Below are positions 20,071 to 30,990 of a stretch of 64,000 nucleotides of DNA, one piece after another. The translations under genes and the position numbers were made by a program. The DNA comes from an uncultured delta proteobacterium. Its GTDB lineage: Bacteria; Desulfobacterota; Desulfobulbia; Desulfobulbales; SURF-16. The DNA is taken from positions 1,111 to 65,110 of the forward strand of contig CAVSQR010000081.1 of assembly GCA_963729825.1 (NCBI GenBank), read 5' to 3'. Within the stretch, counting starts at the first letter, position 1. Every line of letters starts with the position of its first letter. The notes beneath the pieces were generated by a model. The model did not search any database and was not told where the DNA came from. It worked only from the letters and a program-made list of their open reading frames with translations.

Positions 20071-22905
20071 ATGGAACCTGACACTATCCGTATCCGGGGC
20101 GCCCGGATGCACAACCTGAAAAATATTGATGTTGATCTGCCGCGCAACCGGCTGATCGTTTTCACGGGCCTGAGCGGCTCCGGCAAATCCAGCCTTGCCT
20201 TTGACACCCTTTATGCCGAAGGGCAACGGCGTTATGTTGAGTCTCTTTCAACCTATGCCCGCCAATTTCTCGGCCAGATGGATAAGCCTGACGTTGACTC
20301 ACTGGAGGGATTATCTCCGGCCGTATCCATCGAGCAGCGCACTACCAGCCGCAATCCCCGCTCCACCGTGGGCACGATCACGGAAATCTATGACTACCTG
20401 CGACTGCTTTTCGCCAGGGTCGGCCATCAGCACTGCCCTGACTGCGGCCGGGAAATCCGTCCCCAGTCCATCGAGAATATGGTTGACACCTTATTGTCCA
20501 TGCCGGAGGGGACCAAGTGCGTTCTGCTTGCTCCCCTTGTTGACGGCAGAAAAGGAGAACATGCCGATATCCTGAATAAACTCCGCAAGGAAGGGTTTGT
20601 CCGCGTCAGGATTGACGGCGAATTCCGCAATCTCGATGAAAAAATCGAGCTTGCCAAAACAAAAAGGCATACCATTGAGGCGGTGGTTGACCGCATTGTC
20701 ATCAAACCTTCAGCCAGACAGCGACTTGCCCAGTCCACCGCCACTGCCGTGCAGCTTACGAATGGTTTTCTGCTGGCCTCTCTTCCTGATACCAATGAGG
20801 AAAAACTTTTCAGCGAGCGGGCGGCATGTGTGCAGTGCGGCACGAGCCTGCTTGATCTGAGTCCCCAGCTCTTTTCCTTTAATAACCCCAAAGGGGCCTG
20901 TGAGGAATGCGGCGGACTCGGGGTGAAGCATTTTTTCGATCCCCATCTGGTTGTTCCCGACCCCAGCCTCTCCCTGCGCCAGGGGGCCATCGCCCCATGG
21001 CGGAATCGGGCATCGTCATCCTATTCCAGTCAACTGCTTGAGGCCCTGGCCAAACATTATTCCTTTACGATGACAACACCTTTTGCCAGGCTGCCGGAGA
21101 AGGCCAGGAATGCTATCCTCTATGGAACAGGCCGGGAGTCCATCTTTTTTCACTATGCGCGGGGCAGCCGCACGCTCACCTCGCAAACGCCTTTTGAGGG
21201 TGTTTTACCGCAGCTTGCCCGGCTTTACCTGGAAACAACCTCAAGCGCCAGCCGGGATGAACTTGCCCTATTCATGAACGAACAAACCTGCCCGGCCTGC
21301 CATGGAGCGCGGCTGAAACCATCTGCTCTGGCGGTACGTGTCGGCCAGTGGGCCATCCATGAACTGACCGCCCTAAGTATTATTCAGCTGGCGGCGGAAT
21401 TACCGCGCATCAATTTCAGCCAGCAGGAACAATTCATCTCCGAGCCTATTATCAAAGAAATCCATAACCGGCTCACCTTTCTGCTTGACGTCGGACTCGG
21501 CTATCTGTCCCTGAACCGGACCGCGGCAACCCTTTCCGGCGGTGAAGCCCAGCGTATACGGCTGGCCTCACAGATCGGCTCACGGCTGGCCGGCGTTCTC
21601 TATATTCTGGATGAGCCGAGTATCGGTCTGCATCAGCGGGATAATGAAAGACTGATCAAAACCCTGACCAATCTCCGCGATATCGGCAACACGGTGATTG
21701 TTGTCGAACATGACAGTGAAACGATCGCTGCCGCCGATCATGTGCTCGACATCGGGCCCGGAGCCGGTGTCCATGGCGGCCAGGTTATTTACAACGGACC
21801 GGTGGCCGGTTTGCTCGCAGAAGAAGCCTCGCTGACCGGGGGCTTTCTTTCCGGCCGTCTTGAAATCCCGATACCGGCCAAAAGACGTCAGCCTCGATCA
21901 AAAAAAGATTGGATTCATCTCGCCGGATCTGCAGTAAACAATTTGAAAAAGGTGGATACAAGTTTTCCCCTCGGATTGATGACATGCGTCACCGGTGTAT
22001 CCGGCTCAGGCAAAAGTTCACTGGTCATGGAATGCCTTTTTAAAGGCGCCAAGGAAGGCTTGGGCAAATCAAGCTATGATGGCGCAGGACAGTTTGGCTC
22101 CATTACCGGTCTTGATAAAATAGACAGCGTTATCGATATTGACCAGAGCCCCATTGGCCGTACGCCCCGCTCAAACCCCGCCACTTACACCGGCGTGCTC
22201 ACCCCGATTCAGAGAACTGCTTGCCCGCCTGCCCGAATCCCGGGCGCGGGGCTATAAACCGGGCCGTTTCAGCTTCAATCTGAAAGGAGGTCGCTGCGAG
22301 GCATGCGAAGGAGACGGGGTGATCAAAATCGCCATGCATTTTCTGCCCGATATCTATGTAACCTGCGAGACATGTAATGGAAAGCGCTACAACCAGGAAA
22401 CACTGGAAATCAGGTACCGCGGGAAAAACATCTGCGGAAATTCTGGCCATGAATGTGGAAGCGGCTCTGCAATTTTTCACCAACATCCCGGCTATCAAAA
22501 ATCGTTTGCAGGCCCTGGTGGACGTGGGCTTGTCCTACATCTCTCTCGGCCAGTCGTCTGTAACCCTTTCCGGCGGGGAGGCCCAGCGGATCAAGCTGGC
22601 CCGCGAACTGCGCAAACGGAGGTACGGGTAAAACCCTCTACATACTTGACGAACCAACCACCGGTCTGCATCCCGCAGACATCAAATACCTGCTGGCAGT
22701 GCTTTCCCGGCTGGTTGACAATGGCAATACGGTTGTTATCATTGAACACAATCTCGATGTGATTAAAACTGCCGATTACCTCGTTGATCTCGGACCCGAA
22801 GGAGGGGATGAGGGTGGTGAGATTGTTGCTGAGGGGACGCCCGAGGAAATAGCAAAAGCACCAAAATCATATACCGGTATGTTTTTAAAGCAGATCCTGA
22901 CATGA
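20071..22905 (+). CDS. uvrA: excinuclease ABC subunit A (three frame changes as assembled)
   Basis: Fragments 20071-22257, 22139-22762, 22377-22631 and 22699-22905. The text reads [52 protein letters not shown], with two ABC modules (LSGGEAQRI twice) and zinc-finger Cys pairs. Frame changes lie near 22205, 22435 and 22625. Confidence 0.95.
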
Positions 22906-23008
22906 GAGAAGTTAATTGGTTGACTGGATAAGCCCTTCAGTGGTAAAGATTTAGCCTGTTAAGCAACAATATCATGCAATTTTTAATCCTCAAAAAAAGG
23001 AACGACCC

Positions 23009-23503
23009 ATGGCTGAACAGAATGAAAAAAATGCTTCCCCACAGGGTGAAGCTCCTGTTTTTAGGTTACAGAAACTGTATCTGAAGGACCTCTCTTTCGA
23101 AAATCCTAATGCTCCGGAAACCTTTCTGGTACCGCAGGAACCGAAAGTTGAAGTGAATCTTGGACTAAAAAATAAGAAACTGGAAAATGATCATTGGGAA
23201 GTCAGCCTGTCGGTAACCGCGACCGTAACCAATAATAAGGATGGGAAAACGCTTTTTATCGTTGAAATCGAACACGCAGGTGTCTTTATCCTGAAAAACA
23301 TCCCGGAAGAACATCTGGCCATGGTTCTCGCAGTTGATTGCCCTACCCTGATATTTCCTTTTACCCGGCAGATCATGAGTCAGGTTTCCGTTGACGGGGG
23401 TTTTATGCCCTTCCTGATGGAACCCGTGAACTTCATGGCCCTTTTCCAAAATGCCATGAGAAAGAAACAGGAACAGGCAAAAGCAAACGAAACACAGCAG
23501 TAA
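23009..23503 (+). CDS. secB: protein-export chaperone SecB
   Basis: Intact 164-aa ORF: FRLQKLYLKDLSFENPNAPE...LFIVEIEHAGVFILKNIPEEHLAMVLAVDCPTLIFPFTRQIMSQVSVDGGFMPFLMEPVNFMALF. Confidence 0.9.
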   Translation: MAEQNEKNASPQGEAPVFRLQKLYLKDLSFENPNAPETFLVPQEPKVEVNLGLKNKKLENDHWEVSLSVTATVTNNKDGKTLFIVEIEHAGVFILKNIPEEHLAMVLAVDCPTLIFPFTRQIMSQVSVDGGFMPFLMEPVNFMALFQNAMRKKQEQAKANETQQ

Positions 23504-23523
23504 TTACAGGCAATTATAAAAAA

Positions 23524-23558
23524 AGGCACCAGATGGTTTTATTAACCACCTGGTGCCT
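23524..23558. terminator. bidirectional terminator hairpin between secB and the secretin gene
   Basis: Stem AGGCACCAGATGG / CCACCTGGTGCCT with one mismatch, an A-run before and T/C-rich sequence after. Confidence 0.6.
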
Positions 23559-23593
23559 TCCGGCATACCGTTATTTTTTCTGCTTTCCTTAAT

Positions 23594-25277
23594 TTACGGC
23601 AAGACAACCGGTCTAAGAAGTATTACCAATTCTTTTCGTTCTTTGAGCCGCGCCGCTTTCTCCAAAGAGTTTGCCGCCCGGGCCCGGAATATCTCCCAGA
23701 CCCGGGATCTGCGACTCGGAATAATCGCTGGTACTATCAATTAATCCGCCGACGATCAGCATCTCGCCGTTTTTTATCTTCACCAGGGTCGTCATTTCCC
23801 GGATATCCACTTCCGGCAGGCCTACTTCACTTCCGGCTGTGCCGAACTGCTTATACTCAATGGGGGTCTTAACCTTTGACGTCACTGGCGTCAAGGTGAG
23901 AATCACTTCATTGTCATCAACGATCGTGGCAATAACAGCCATACCCAGCCCGGACATCACGCTTGAGGTTTCCACACTGTATGTGACCACGCCGTCTTCT
24001 ACACTGACGTCCACGTTGTTAATATAGGTGAGGGTCGAGCCAACGGATATCATGGCCGGTTGGCCGTTCATCACGCTGAGTTTGGGGTTGGAAATAACCT
24101 CCACATGGCCCTGTTCTTCAATGGCATCCAACACAAGGCCAAAGTTCTGGGTATTGATCGTGAGAAATTTATTCTGGGTGCCCAAGTCATGATACAACGG
24201 ATTCAGCTTCTGAAAATCCATGGATAAACTAAAGGGGTTGCCGGGATTCTGCAGCAGATCTTCCCAGTTGATACCTGTCCTGTTGTCCGCAGAGAGGGTC
24301 ACCTCCACAATTTTGGCCTCAATAGACACCTGCCTGTACAGCTCTTTTTTAAGGTTTTCTATATAATTGCCAACTTTTTCCAAAAGTGACCGGGGCGCGG
24401 TAACGGTAATCAGACCGACAGGCTTATCAATTGTATAATATCCTTTGCCGGGTTTCCGGTTGGAGACCACAGCGGGCTGCGCGGTTTCAGCGCCTGCCAG
24501 CATCTGCTGGCCTGCCGGTGCTGCGGGCGGGGTTACAACCTCTTCAGTGGTCCAGATATCGAGTATCTGATCAAGATTCTGCCTGATATTTGCCCAGATA
24601 TCAAAGCTGTTGGCATTTTCAGGCTGACTGGTAATCTGTATTTTGCCTGTCATCTCATGGGATGCCACCTTATTGCCGCCGAGCACATCCCCACCAACGC
24701 CCATATTGAACTGGGGTGACATAAACGGCATGGCAATATGGAATTTTTTGGTTTCCTTGTGTTTGACAATGATGGAATTTCCTTTCACCTCATGAAAATA
24801 ATCCAGCTGACGCAGAATATTGTCAATGGATTCAAAAAAATCATCCTCTGCCCTGATATCAACATCAACAAGAGCACCCTGGTCAACATCATTGGCCCAG
24901 CTGACATTCATCCCCTTCAACACCGCAAGTTTCTTCATAATTTCCCTGAGGGAGACAGGGGCGGCATTAGATGAAATATCTGCTCCCACAGGGATAGCAA
25001 AATCATCTTTCCCGGTATTCTCTGTTTCGGAAAGCAAAAAGGTTGGTTGCTGAAACCGGGAAGGCAATTCGGCCGGCCCAACCTTCTCCTTTTCAGAGTC
25101 GTCCGACTGGAAGGCATCAGCATTAACAGCTTGTGAAGTATGTTTTTTCAGAAAATCCTGCGCTTGCTGTTCTCCTTTGAAATCCGGTGCTTTTTTCGAA
25201 CAACCGGCAAGAAATGAGAACAGCATTAAAGAAACCAGGATCAGTGCGCCACTTCTCAACCTGTGTCTGAAGGGCAT
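23594..25277 (-). CDS. type IV pilus/MSHA-type secretin, lipoprotein form (PilQ/MshL-like; one frame change near the 3' end)
   Basis: ORF 23613-25364 trimmed to M30 (MPFRHRLRSGALILVSLMLFSFLAGC, a lipobox). The secretin core reads RQVSIEAKIVEVTLSADNRTGINWE...VISNPKLSVMNGQPAMISVG...IPGLGDIPGPGGKLF. After an indel in an A4 run near 23634-23637 the text continues KELVILLRPVVLP and stops near 23594. There is no AMIN domain. Confidence 0.85.
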
Positions 25278-25436
25278 ATCGGTGTTTTGCCGATTTTCCA
25301 GGCAAATGCTCCCCTGCGACCCATGACAAGAAAAGCGTGTTATCATTTTCATCTTTATTTCCATACCTTTCGTGGCAGACAGTGGCTGGTAACACTTCAG
25401 CCTGCCCGCAGCCTTTGAGAAATGAAGTCAGGACTT

Positions 25437-26402
25437 CTACCTGTGAAGCCGTTCCTTGATATATTTTTCCAAATCCGCCGGAACCTTGTAACCTGACAGG
25501 AGTATCGTCTGGTACTCTTTAGAGGCATTTTCCGCATCACCCATTTTATCATAAATTCTGGCCTTACTCACCAGAGTCTCTAATGATGTCCCATAAATTT
25601 GTTCAAACCTTTCCAAAAGCGACAATGCCATTTCATTACTGCTGTTCTGCTCACTGAAGGCGGCATAACTCGCCAAGGCCTGCCGTGACGGACGCTCGCC
25701 GCTCACGGCAAAATCAAAGTAGCTCTTTGCCTCTTTTACCATCTCCATGTTTGCCAGACTGAGAGCGGTCTGTAAAGCAACATCGGATCGTGCGGCAGCA
25801 GCTTGGAGGCGATTTGCCCATAGTGGGCGGCCTTGGCATTTAACCCAAGTTTTACCAAAGACAAATAGGTTATCCGTTTGGCAAGATCACCATTTTCAGG
25901 CCACGATTGGAATGCCTTTTCATAGAAAATTACCGCCTCCGCATAATTTCCGGCATCTTCCAGATTTTTTGCTTGGCGGATATACTTTCGCGCTTCCAGT
26001 TTCTCTCTGGGAACTTCCATGCGCTTGGTGACCGAAATGGCCTCTTTTTTAATTGCAAGTTTCTCCTCCGCCCGTTCCGGCCAGGTAAAACCGTCACTTT
26101 TTTGCGAGTCACTTCTCTGCGAAATAACTATCGTATTATAACGTTCTTCCTTGGACAGATCTTTGAGGTTGATGAATGACGTCAAGAACAAAATCCCAGG
26201 GGACATCGTTCAAGGCCAAGGTCAGCGAACCGTTCACTTTCTCATCAACCACTATATTCCGACCGCTGATTTCACCAATGAGGCGAAAAACATTGTGCAG
26301 ATCGATCTTATAAAAATCCACTGAGATTCTTTGCTCAGTGTATCCGGCTAAGGCAAAATCCGTCTTTTTGTCTTTGACGGCAGATTTACTGGATTTTGTC
26401 AC
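25437..26402 (-). CDS. secretin-N0/STN-like domain fused to a TPR region (two frame changes as assembled)
   Basis: Fragments 26136-26402, 25736-26206 and 25437-25748. The N-terminal segment ISVDFYKIDLHNVFRLIGEISGRNIVVDEKVNGSLTLALNDVPWDFVLDVI resembles the PilQ N0 domain. TPR-like helices follow (AKNLEDAGNYAEAVIFYEKAFQSWPENGD..., ...KARIYDKMGDAENASKEYQTIL). A GTG start overlaps the upstream stop (GTGA). Confidence 0.6.
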
Positions 26403-27334
26403 AGACGCAGAGTGCGTTTTTTCTCAGCAGCTTGGGACGCAGCGGCTGCTGTGGGAGTTTTTGCAGCAGAGGATAATGCTGGGGTACCCTGGGCAATCTC
26501 GGCCGCTGACAAGCCCGTGATTTCAGCGATGAGCGGAGTAGGATCTGCCGCTGGCTCAACATTAATCAAAAGCCCGTCTTGCTGGACAGCTATGGAATAA
26601 CGGAAAAGATCGTCTGTTGCAGAATCAAGAATAACACGGGCGCCATCCTTATAATTCTCTGTACGGACAAGACTGATCGGAGAAGCATCATTAGTGGGAA
26701 TGGCATGCCCTTGCGTGGCAATTCCAGGGAGATCCACAATCAATCGAGCGGGATGATCTTTTTCCTTTGCCAGCTCAGTTGACTGATATTTCTGAATCGG
26801 CCCATCAGCCAGCAACTGTACCTTGGTCATGCTTCCTGACCAGTCAATGTTAATGTCCTTGATCAATCGTTCAGGGGCCTTACTCTGGGTCGTTGCCGGC
26901 GCCTGTGTATCATTTTCAAATTGCACAAGAATATCATTGCCGCTGCTTGTTACCGAATATGGGCGGTCATCGGCAAGAAGAAGTTCAATTCGAGCAACAG
27001 CCGGATTCTGGTCGGTGAGCACGACTCCTTTAATCGAGGTGACCGGTCCTTTATCAACCTTGATCGGGAAATTAATTGACCCGACAAAATTTCCATTGGC
27101 AATATCAATAATTAGCCTGTGGGGACTGAATAATTCATACATGGTGTAGGCCGGAACTCTATCACCGTAAATCCGACATAACCAGGAATCTGTATTTTGT
27201 TGCCACTTAAGATCACTGATCTGGTATGAATCCGCCTTGATTTCATCCTCTGCCGCGACCGAATTCAACGGGACACAGAGCAAGATGAGAACGGCTATCA
27301 GACATACATTTTTCAAACGGGTCATCAGGGTCAT
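26399..27334 (-). CDS. secreted protein with two AMIN-like domains (PilQ N-terminal-like)
   Basis: Intact 311-aa ORF with a signal peptide (MTLMTRLKNVCLIAVLILLCVPLNSVAA). Two repeats have the AMIN pattern (HRLIIDIANG...VTSIKGVVL...ARIELLL..YSVTSSGNDILVQF and ARLIVDLPGI...ISLVRTENYKDGARVILD). An Ala/Thr-rich linker follows. Confidence 0.65.
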   Translation of the reverse strand: MTLMTRLKNVCLIAVLILLCVPLNSVAAEDEIKADSYQISDLKWQQNTDSWLCRIYGDRVPAYTMYELFSPHRLIIDIANGNFVGSINFPIKVDKGPVTSIKGVVLTDQNPAVARIELLLADDRPYSVTSSGNDILVQFENDTQAPATTQSKAPERLIKDINIDWSGSMTKVQLLADGPIQKYQSTELAKEKDHPARLIVDLPGIATQGHAIPTNDASPISLVRTENYKDGARVILDSATDDLFRYSIAVQQDGLLINVEPAADPTPLIAEITGLSAAEIAQGTPALSSAAKTPTAAAASQAAEKKRTLRL

Positions 27335-27883
27335 TGTTGCTTTTCCCCCTCTTTCTTTAGAAGCATTTCCACAAATTTATAGCGCTCCTCACCTGCAGTA
27401 GTTTTATACCGCTGCTTGATAACAACTGTGTTATTGGTAATACTGTCGACAATCCCAGCTCTGCCAATCTCGGTTCCATTCCTTATGGTATATCCTCTGC
27501 CAACGGAATCCTCCACCATGGCCAAAGGGCCATCTTCTGTAATAACAATGGCAACAAGAGTGAGCTGACCCGGTTCAAATTTCTGCATCCCCATGAGTTC
27601 CTGTTCGGGAACTTCCAGGCCGGAGGTGACAACCTTTTCCTTTATAAACGGCATAAACGGATCGGAACTGACCCTCTCGATTATAAACAAAAGAATCTGA
27701 TCTCCCTTCCAGAAACTGAATAAGCTCTCTTACTTTCTCGGAATACTCTTCTTGAGCTTGCTGGCTGGAAGCATCGGTATTTTCAGCAGCTCATTTGCCT
27801 GCACCTCAGTCAGCAATAAAAAACCCGCCAACACGAGGACAACACAAAAAAATACTTTTCTGAGTGCTGAAAATATATTCCAT
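27331..27883 (-). CDS. pilP: type IV pilus assembly protein PilP-like (frameshifted as assembled)
   Basis: ORF 27331-27690 (SSDPFMPFIK...FEPGQLTLVAIVITEDGPLAMVEDSVGRGYTIRNGTEIGRAGIVDSITNNTVVIKQ) plus an upstream signal-peptide segment (MEYIFSTQKSIF...) in other frames. The start near 27883 is approximate. Confidence 0.7.
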
Positions 27884-27907
27884 TTTTGCGTGTACATTTG
27901 TGGAGTT

Positions 27908-28574
27908 TTATCCCCCGACTTTCAAATTTACTTTTTCGTTATTTTTTTTCTTGTCTTGTGCCTGCGGTGCAGGCTCAACAAACCGGTATGTGACAAGACT
28001 GAATGTGGTCTCTAGGATCATTTCTCCCGCCTGCGGCTTCGGGCCACCCATATTTATGTTGGAAACCGTGACTATTCTGGACAAATCACTGATTTTATCC
28101 AGAAAAACGCCAACATTATGATACGTTCCCCTCACCTTGATATCCACCGGTATATCGGCGTAAAATTCTTTTCTCATTTCATTTTTGGGGATGAAAGAAA
28201 GAAAATCCAGACCGGAATTTTGCCCAATATCCGAAATGCTTGTTAAAAGTGAAGGGATCTCCTGCTGCTGCGGGAGCAAAGCGGAAGCCTTGGCAAACAT
28301 CAACTTGGTTTCAGCCATTTCCGCGCGGTGCTTCGTTATCTCCCGGGATGCCTTTTCCACCTTTGTTATTTCATCTTCCAATTTTTTCTGCTGAGATAGC
28401 AACTTATTAATCTCAACTGTTTTTGGGGAATAGCTCAAAAAATAAAAAGCAACGACATGGTAATAGAATTGCGCCAACACATATTATAGTCTTATGCAGT
28501 GGCCTGAGCTGGGCAACCTTTTCATCAAGAAATGAGTTGATGGCCTCTTGGATCTTGACTTTATCTATATTCAT
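27908..28574 (-). CDS. pilO: type IV pilus assembly protein PilO-like (one frame change)
   Basis: ORF 27908-28480 has a TM helix, a coiled coil (KKLEDEITKVEKASREITKHRAEMAETK) and a ferredoxin-like C-domain. The N-terminal segment MNIDKVKIQEAINSFLDEKVAQLRPLHK is in another frame. Its ATG overlaps the pilN stop (ATGA). Confidence 0.75.
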
Positions 28575-29155
28575 TTCACTTTATCCTGATCAGCTTGCGC
28601 CTTGTCGCTTTCAGGGTTCTTGATCTCCAAACTCAGGGTAAATGATTTCAAGTCCTGGCCCGCTATCGTGGTCAAAGAAGATTTTCCAAGAGTAGCGCTG
28701 GAAAAATATGGAGACGCAGTTAAACGATCCATGTAATCAGCCAGCCTCGTATTGTCCAAAGCGATTCCGGTAAGAGCGACCGTATCCCCGGACTGTTTTA
28801 AACTCTGCAGCCAGATGCTGTCCGGAGGTGTTGCTTTGGCAATTTCATCAAGTAAATGAACAGTAATTTGCGATGTTGATTTGAGCTGCTTAATGACATC
28901 AATTTTTGCCGTCAATTTTTGTTTATCTTGCTCAAGTTGCTTAATCTCATTAAGAATCACATTATATTTTGCTTTTTTGTCATTCAAATTCTTAATGTTT
29001 GTCTGCAGTGATGTCACCCTCTGGTTCATACTTAACGAAGCCATTACCAACAATGCAAGCAAGACAACCAGTGAGGCTATAAAGGCAATTACCTCATTTC
29101 TGGTGCGCAAACGCTTTTTCATTTGCCGGACAGGCAATAAATTTATTCGTATCAT
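28571..29155 (-). CDS. pilN: type IV pilus assembly protein PilN-like
   Basis: ORF 28571-29209 trimmed to MIRINLLPVRQ (the typical PilN start). It has a TM helix and a coiled coil and overlaps the end of pilM. Confidence 0.8.
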   Translation of the reverse strand: MIRINLLPVRQMKKRLRTRNEVIAFIASLVVLLALLVMASLSMNQRVTSLQTNIKNLNDKKAKYNVILNEIKQLEQDKQKLTAKIDVIKQLKSTSQITVHLLDEIAKATPPDSIWLQSLKQSGDTVALTGIALDNTRLADYMDRLTASPYFSSATLGKSSLTTIAGQDLKSFTLSLEIKNPESDKAQADQDKVK

Positions 29156-29196
29156 GACACTCTTTCGCTTGTACTTAAAAGGTGCATCAAATATAC

Positions 29197-30300
29197 CTAA
29201 AAAGGACAAGGCCTGCTTGCCAGACCCATGGAAATTGCCATTTCAGGCGCAATATTTTTTAAATAATCAGGATCTATTCTGTTTGCATCGACACCGGTCA
29301 TGGCAAAAGGATTGAAAACCTCTACCGGCAATCCTGTCTCTTCACTGAAATACGAATCCAGCCCCTTTACTTTGGCCCCGCCGCCACTCAAAACAAGCTT
29401 GGTCAAAGCACTATCAGGGAAGTTTGAGTTATAAAAATCAATGGCCTTCTTGATCTCCATAATCCACTGGGTCGTCGTGCTGATAAATATTTCCGCAAGC
29501 TCTTCCTGTTTTTCAGCCGGCGGCAATGCACCGATCTTCAAGGATTCAGCCTCTTCAAAATCAAGGTCGAATTTCCCCTGAATCTGTTCGGTGAGCTGTT
29601 TGCTGCCGAGAGCAACGTCCCGGGCAAATAGCGATGCGCCCTTTGAAACAATATTTATGTTCATCTTGGAGGAGCCAATATCAACAAGCACCACATTCCC
29701 TTGCGACCCGTAATTCGTTTCAAAAGAATTCTCTAGGGCAAATGCGTCAACATCAACGAGAACAGTTTTCAAACCAACGTTCCGCAACATATGCAAGTAG
29801 GAGTCAACAACATCTTTTTTTGCTGCCACCAGCATGACGTCGGTCCTGTCTTCACCTTCCGTATTCGTTTTCAAGTCCTGATAATCGAGATAAACATCGG
29901 CCAGGTCAAAAGGAATATATTGTTCCGCCTCTGACTGAATATGTTCCTCCAATTCCTTATCATTCATCACGGAGAGGTTAATTTTCTTGAGAATCACGGA
30001 ATAACCGGAAATGGATATGCCGACTTTTTTCCCCTTGATCTGCAAATTGCCAATGAGAGTTTTGATCACGGATGCCACGGCATCCGGATCTTTTAACTCA
30101 CCGTCTTCAACAGCATTCGCAGGCAAACGGGCACTGCCGAGACTCATAAGTTTCATTCTTTGGCCACCTTCCGAGAGTTCACATACTTTTACCGCATGGG
30201 AACCAATATCGAGCCCTATGGTAAGATTCTGCTGACGGATAAAAGGCAGCTTAAAATTTTTGAAATTAAAATTGAACGTCGGTAAGTTTAGAGGAGCCAT
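29197..30300 (-). CDS. pilM: type IV pilus assembly ATPase-fold protein PilM
   Basis: ORF 29197-30381 trimmed to M28. The actin-like fold motifs are IGLDIGSHAVKVCEL, VLVDIGSSKMNINIV and KLVLSGGGAKVKGL. Confidence 0.85.
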   Translation of the reverse strand: MAPLNLPTFNFNFKNFKLPFIRQQNLTIGLDIGSHAVKVCELSEGGQRMKLMSLGSARLPANAVEDGELKDPDAVASVIKTLIGNLQIKGKKVGISISGYSVILKKINLSVMNDKELEEHIQSEAEQYIPFDLADVYLDYQDLKTNTEGEDRTDVMLVAAKKDVVDSYLHMLRNVGLKTVLVDVDAFALENSFETNYGSQGNVVLVDIGSSKMNINIVSKGASLFARDVALGSKQLTEQIQGKFDLDFEEAESLKIGALPPAEKQEELAEIFISTTTQWIMEIKKAIDFYNSNFPDSALTKLVLSGGGAKVKGLDSYFSEETGLPVEVFNPFAMTGVDANRIDPDYLKNIAPEMAISMGLASRPCPF

Positions 30301-30990
30301 ATGATGGTAACCTGATAAATTTCTCTCTTTTTCTACACACTTTCTTAACCACAGAATGACTTCCACAAAAATATTAAACACTCATCACGAAAAGATTGTC
30401 AACCGCAAACTACTTAAAAATACACGCTAATTTGACAGCTCAAAAAAAATCTTCTGGGGGGAAAATTTTAAACCATCGTTGCGATAATGAACCAATCCTC
30501 TATTTTGTATCAGAAAAAAATCTCATCCACTATATCTAGTGGAACCACAGTTGTTAGAAATCTAATCCATTTTTTATTTTAATTTTAGCATGTTATATTT
30601 TTTTTGCAAACAAGCTGCAAAATGCCTTTTTTTATGCAGCCACCGTTCATTTCCCAGCAAAGCACCATCAGGATCACACTTCCCAAGCAAACCCATACAT
30701 CCCGGTAAAGTCCGAAGAACCCTCTTGTATTTTAACGCCTTATGGAGTATTGATTTTAAGTTTCATTAAATAGCGCTTAAATAACCTCAGTGAATATATC
30801 ATAATTTCTTATTTTTTTGATAAGGCAGCACGAAAGCCCTTGATGCATCTTTCTTCAACATTACTTTCCGGCTTTTCTTCTTGCGGCAAACGTGCATAAA
30901 AATATAAGCATTTTTTGTACCATTTTCTTTTTTTGAAAGTTTTACCAATAATTACCACAGCCAAATCTTTTCAACACAGGGGGCCGTGAG

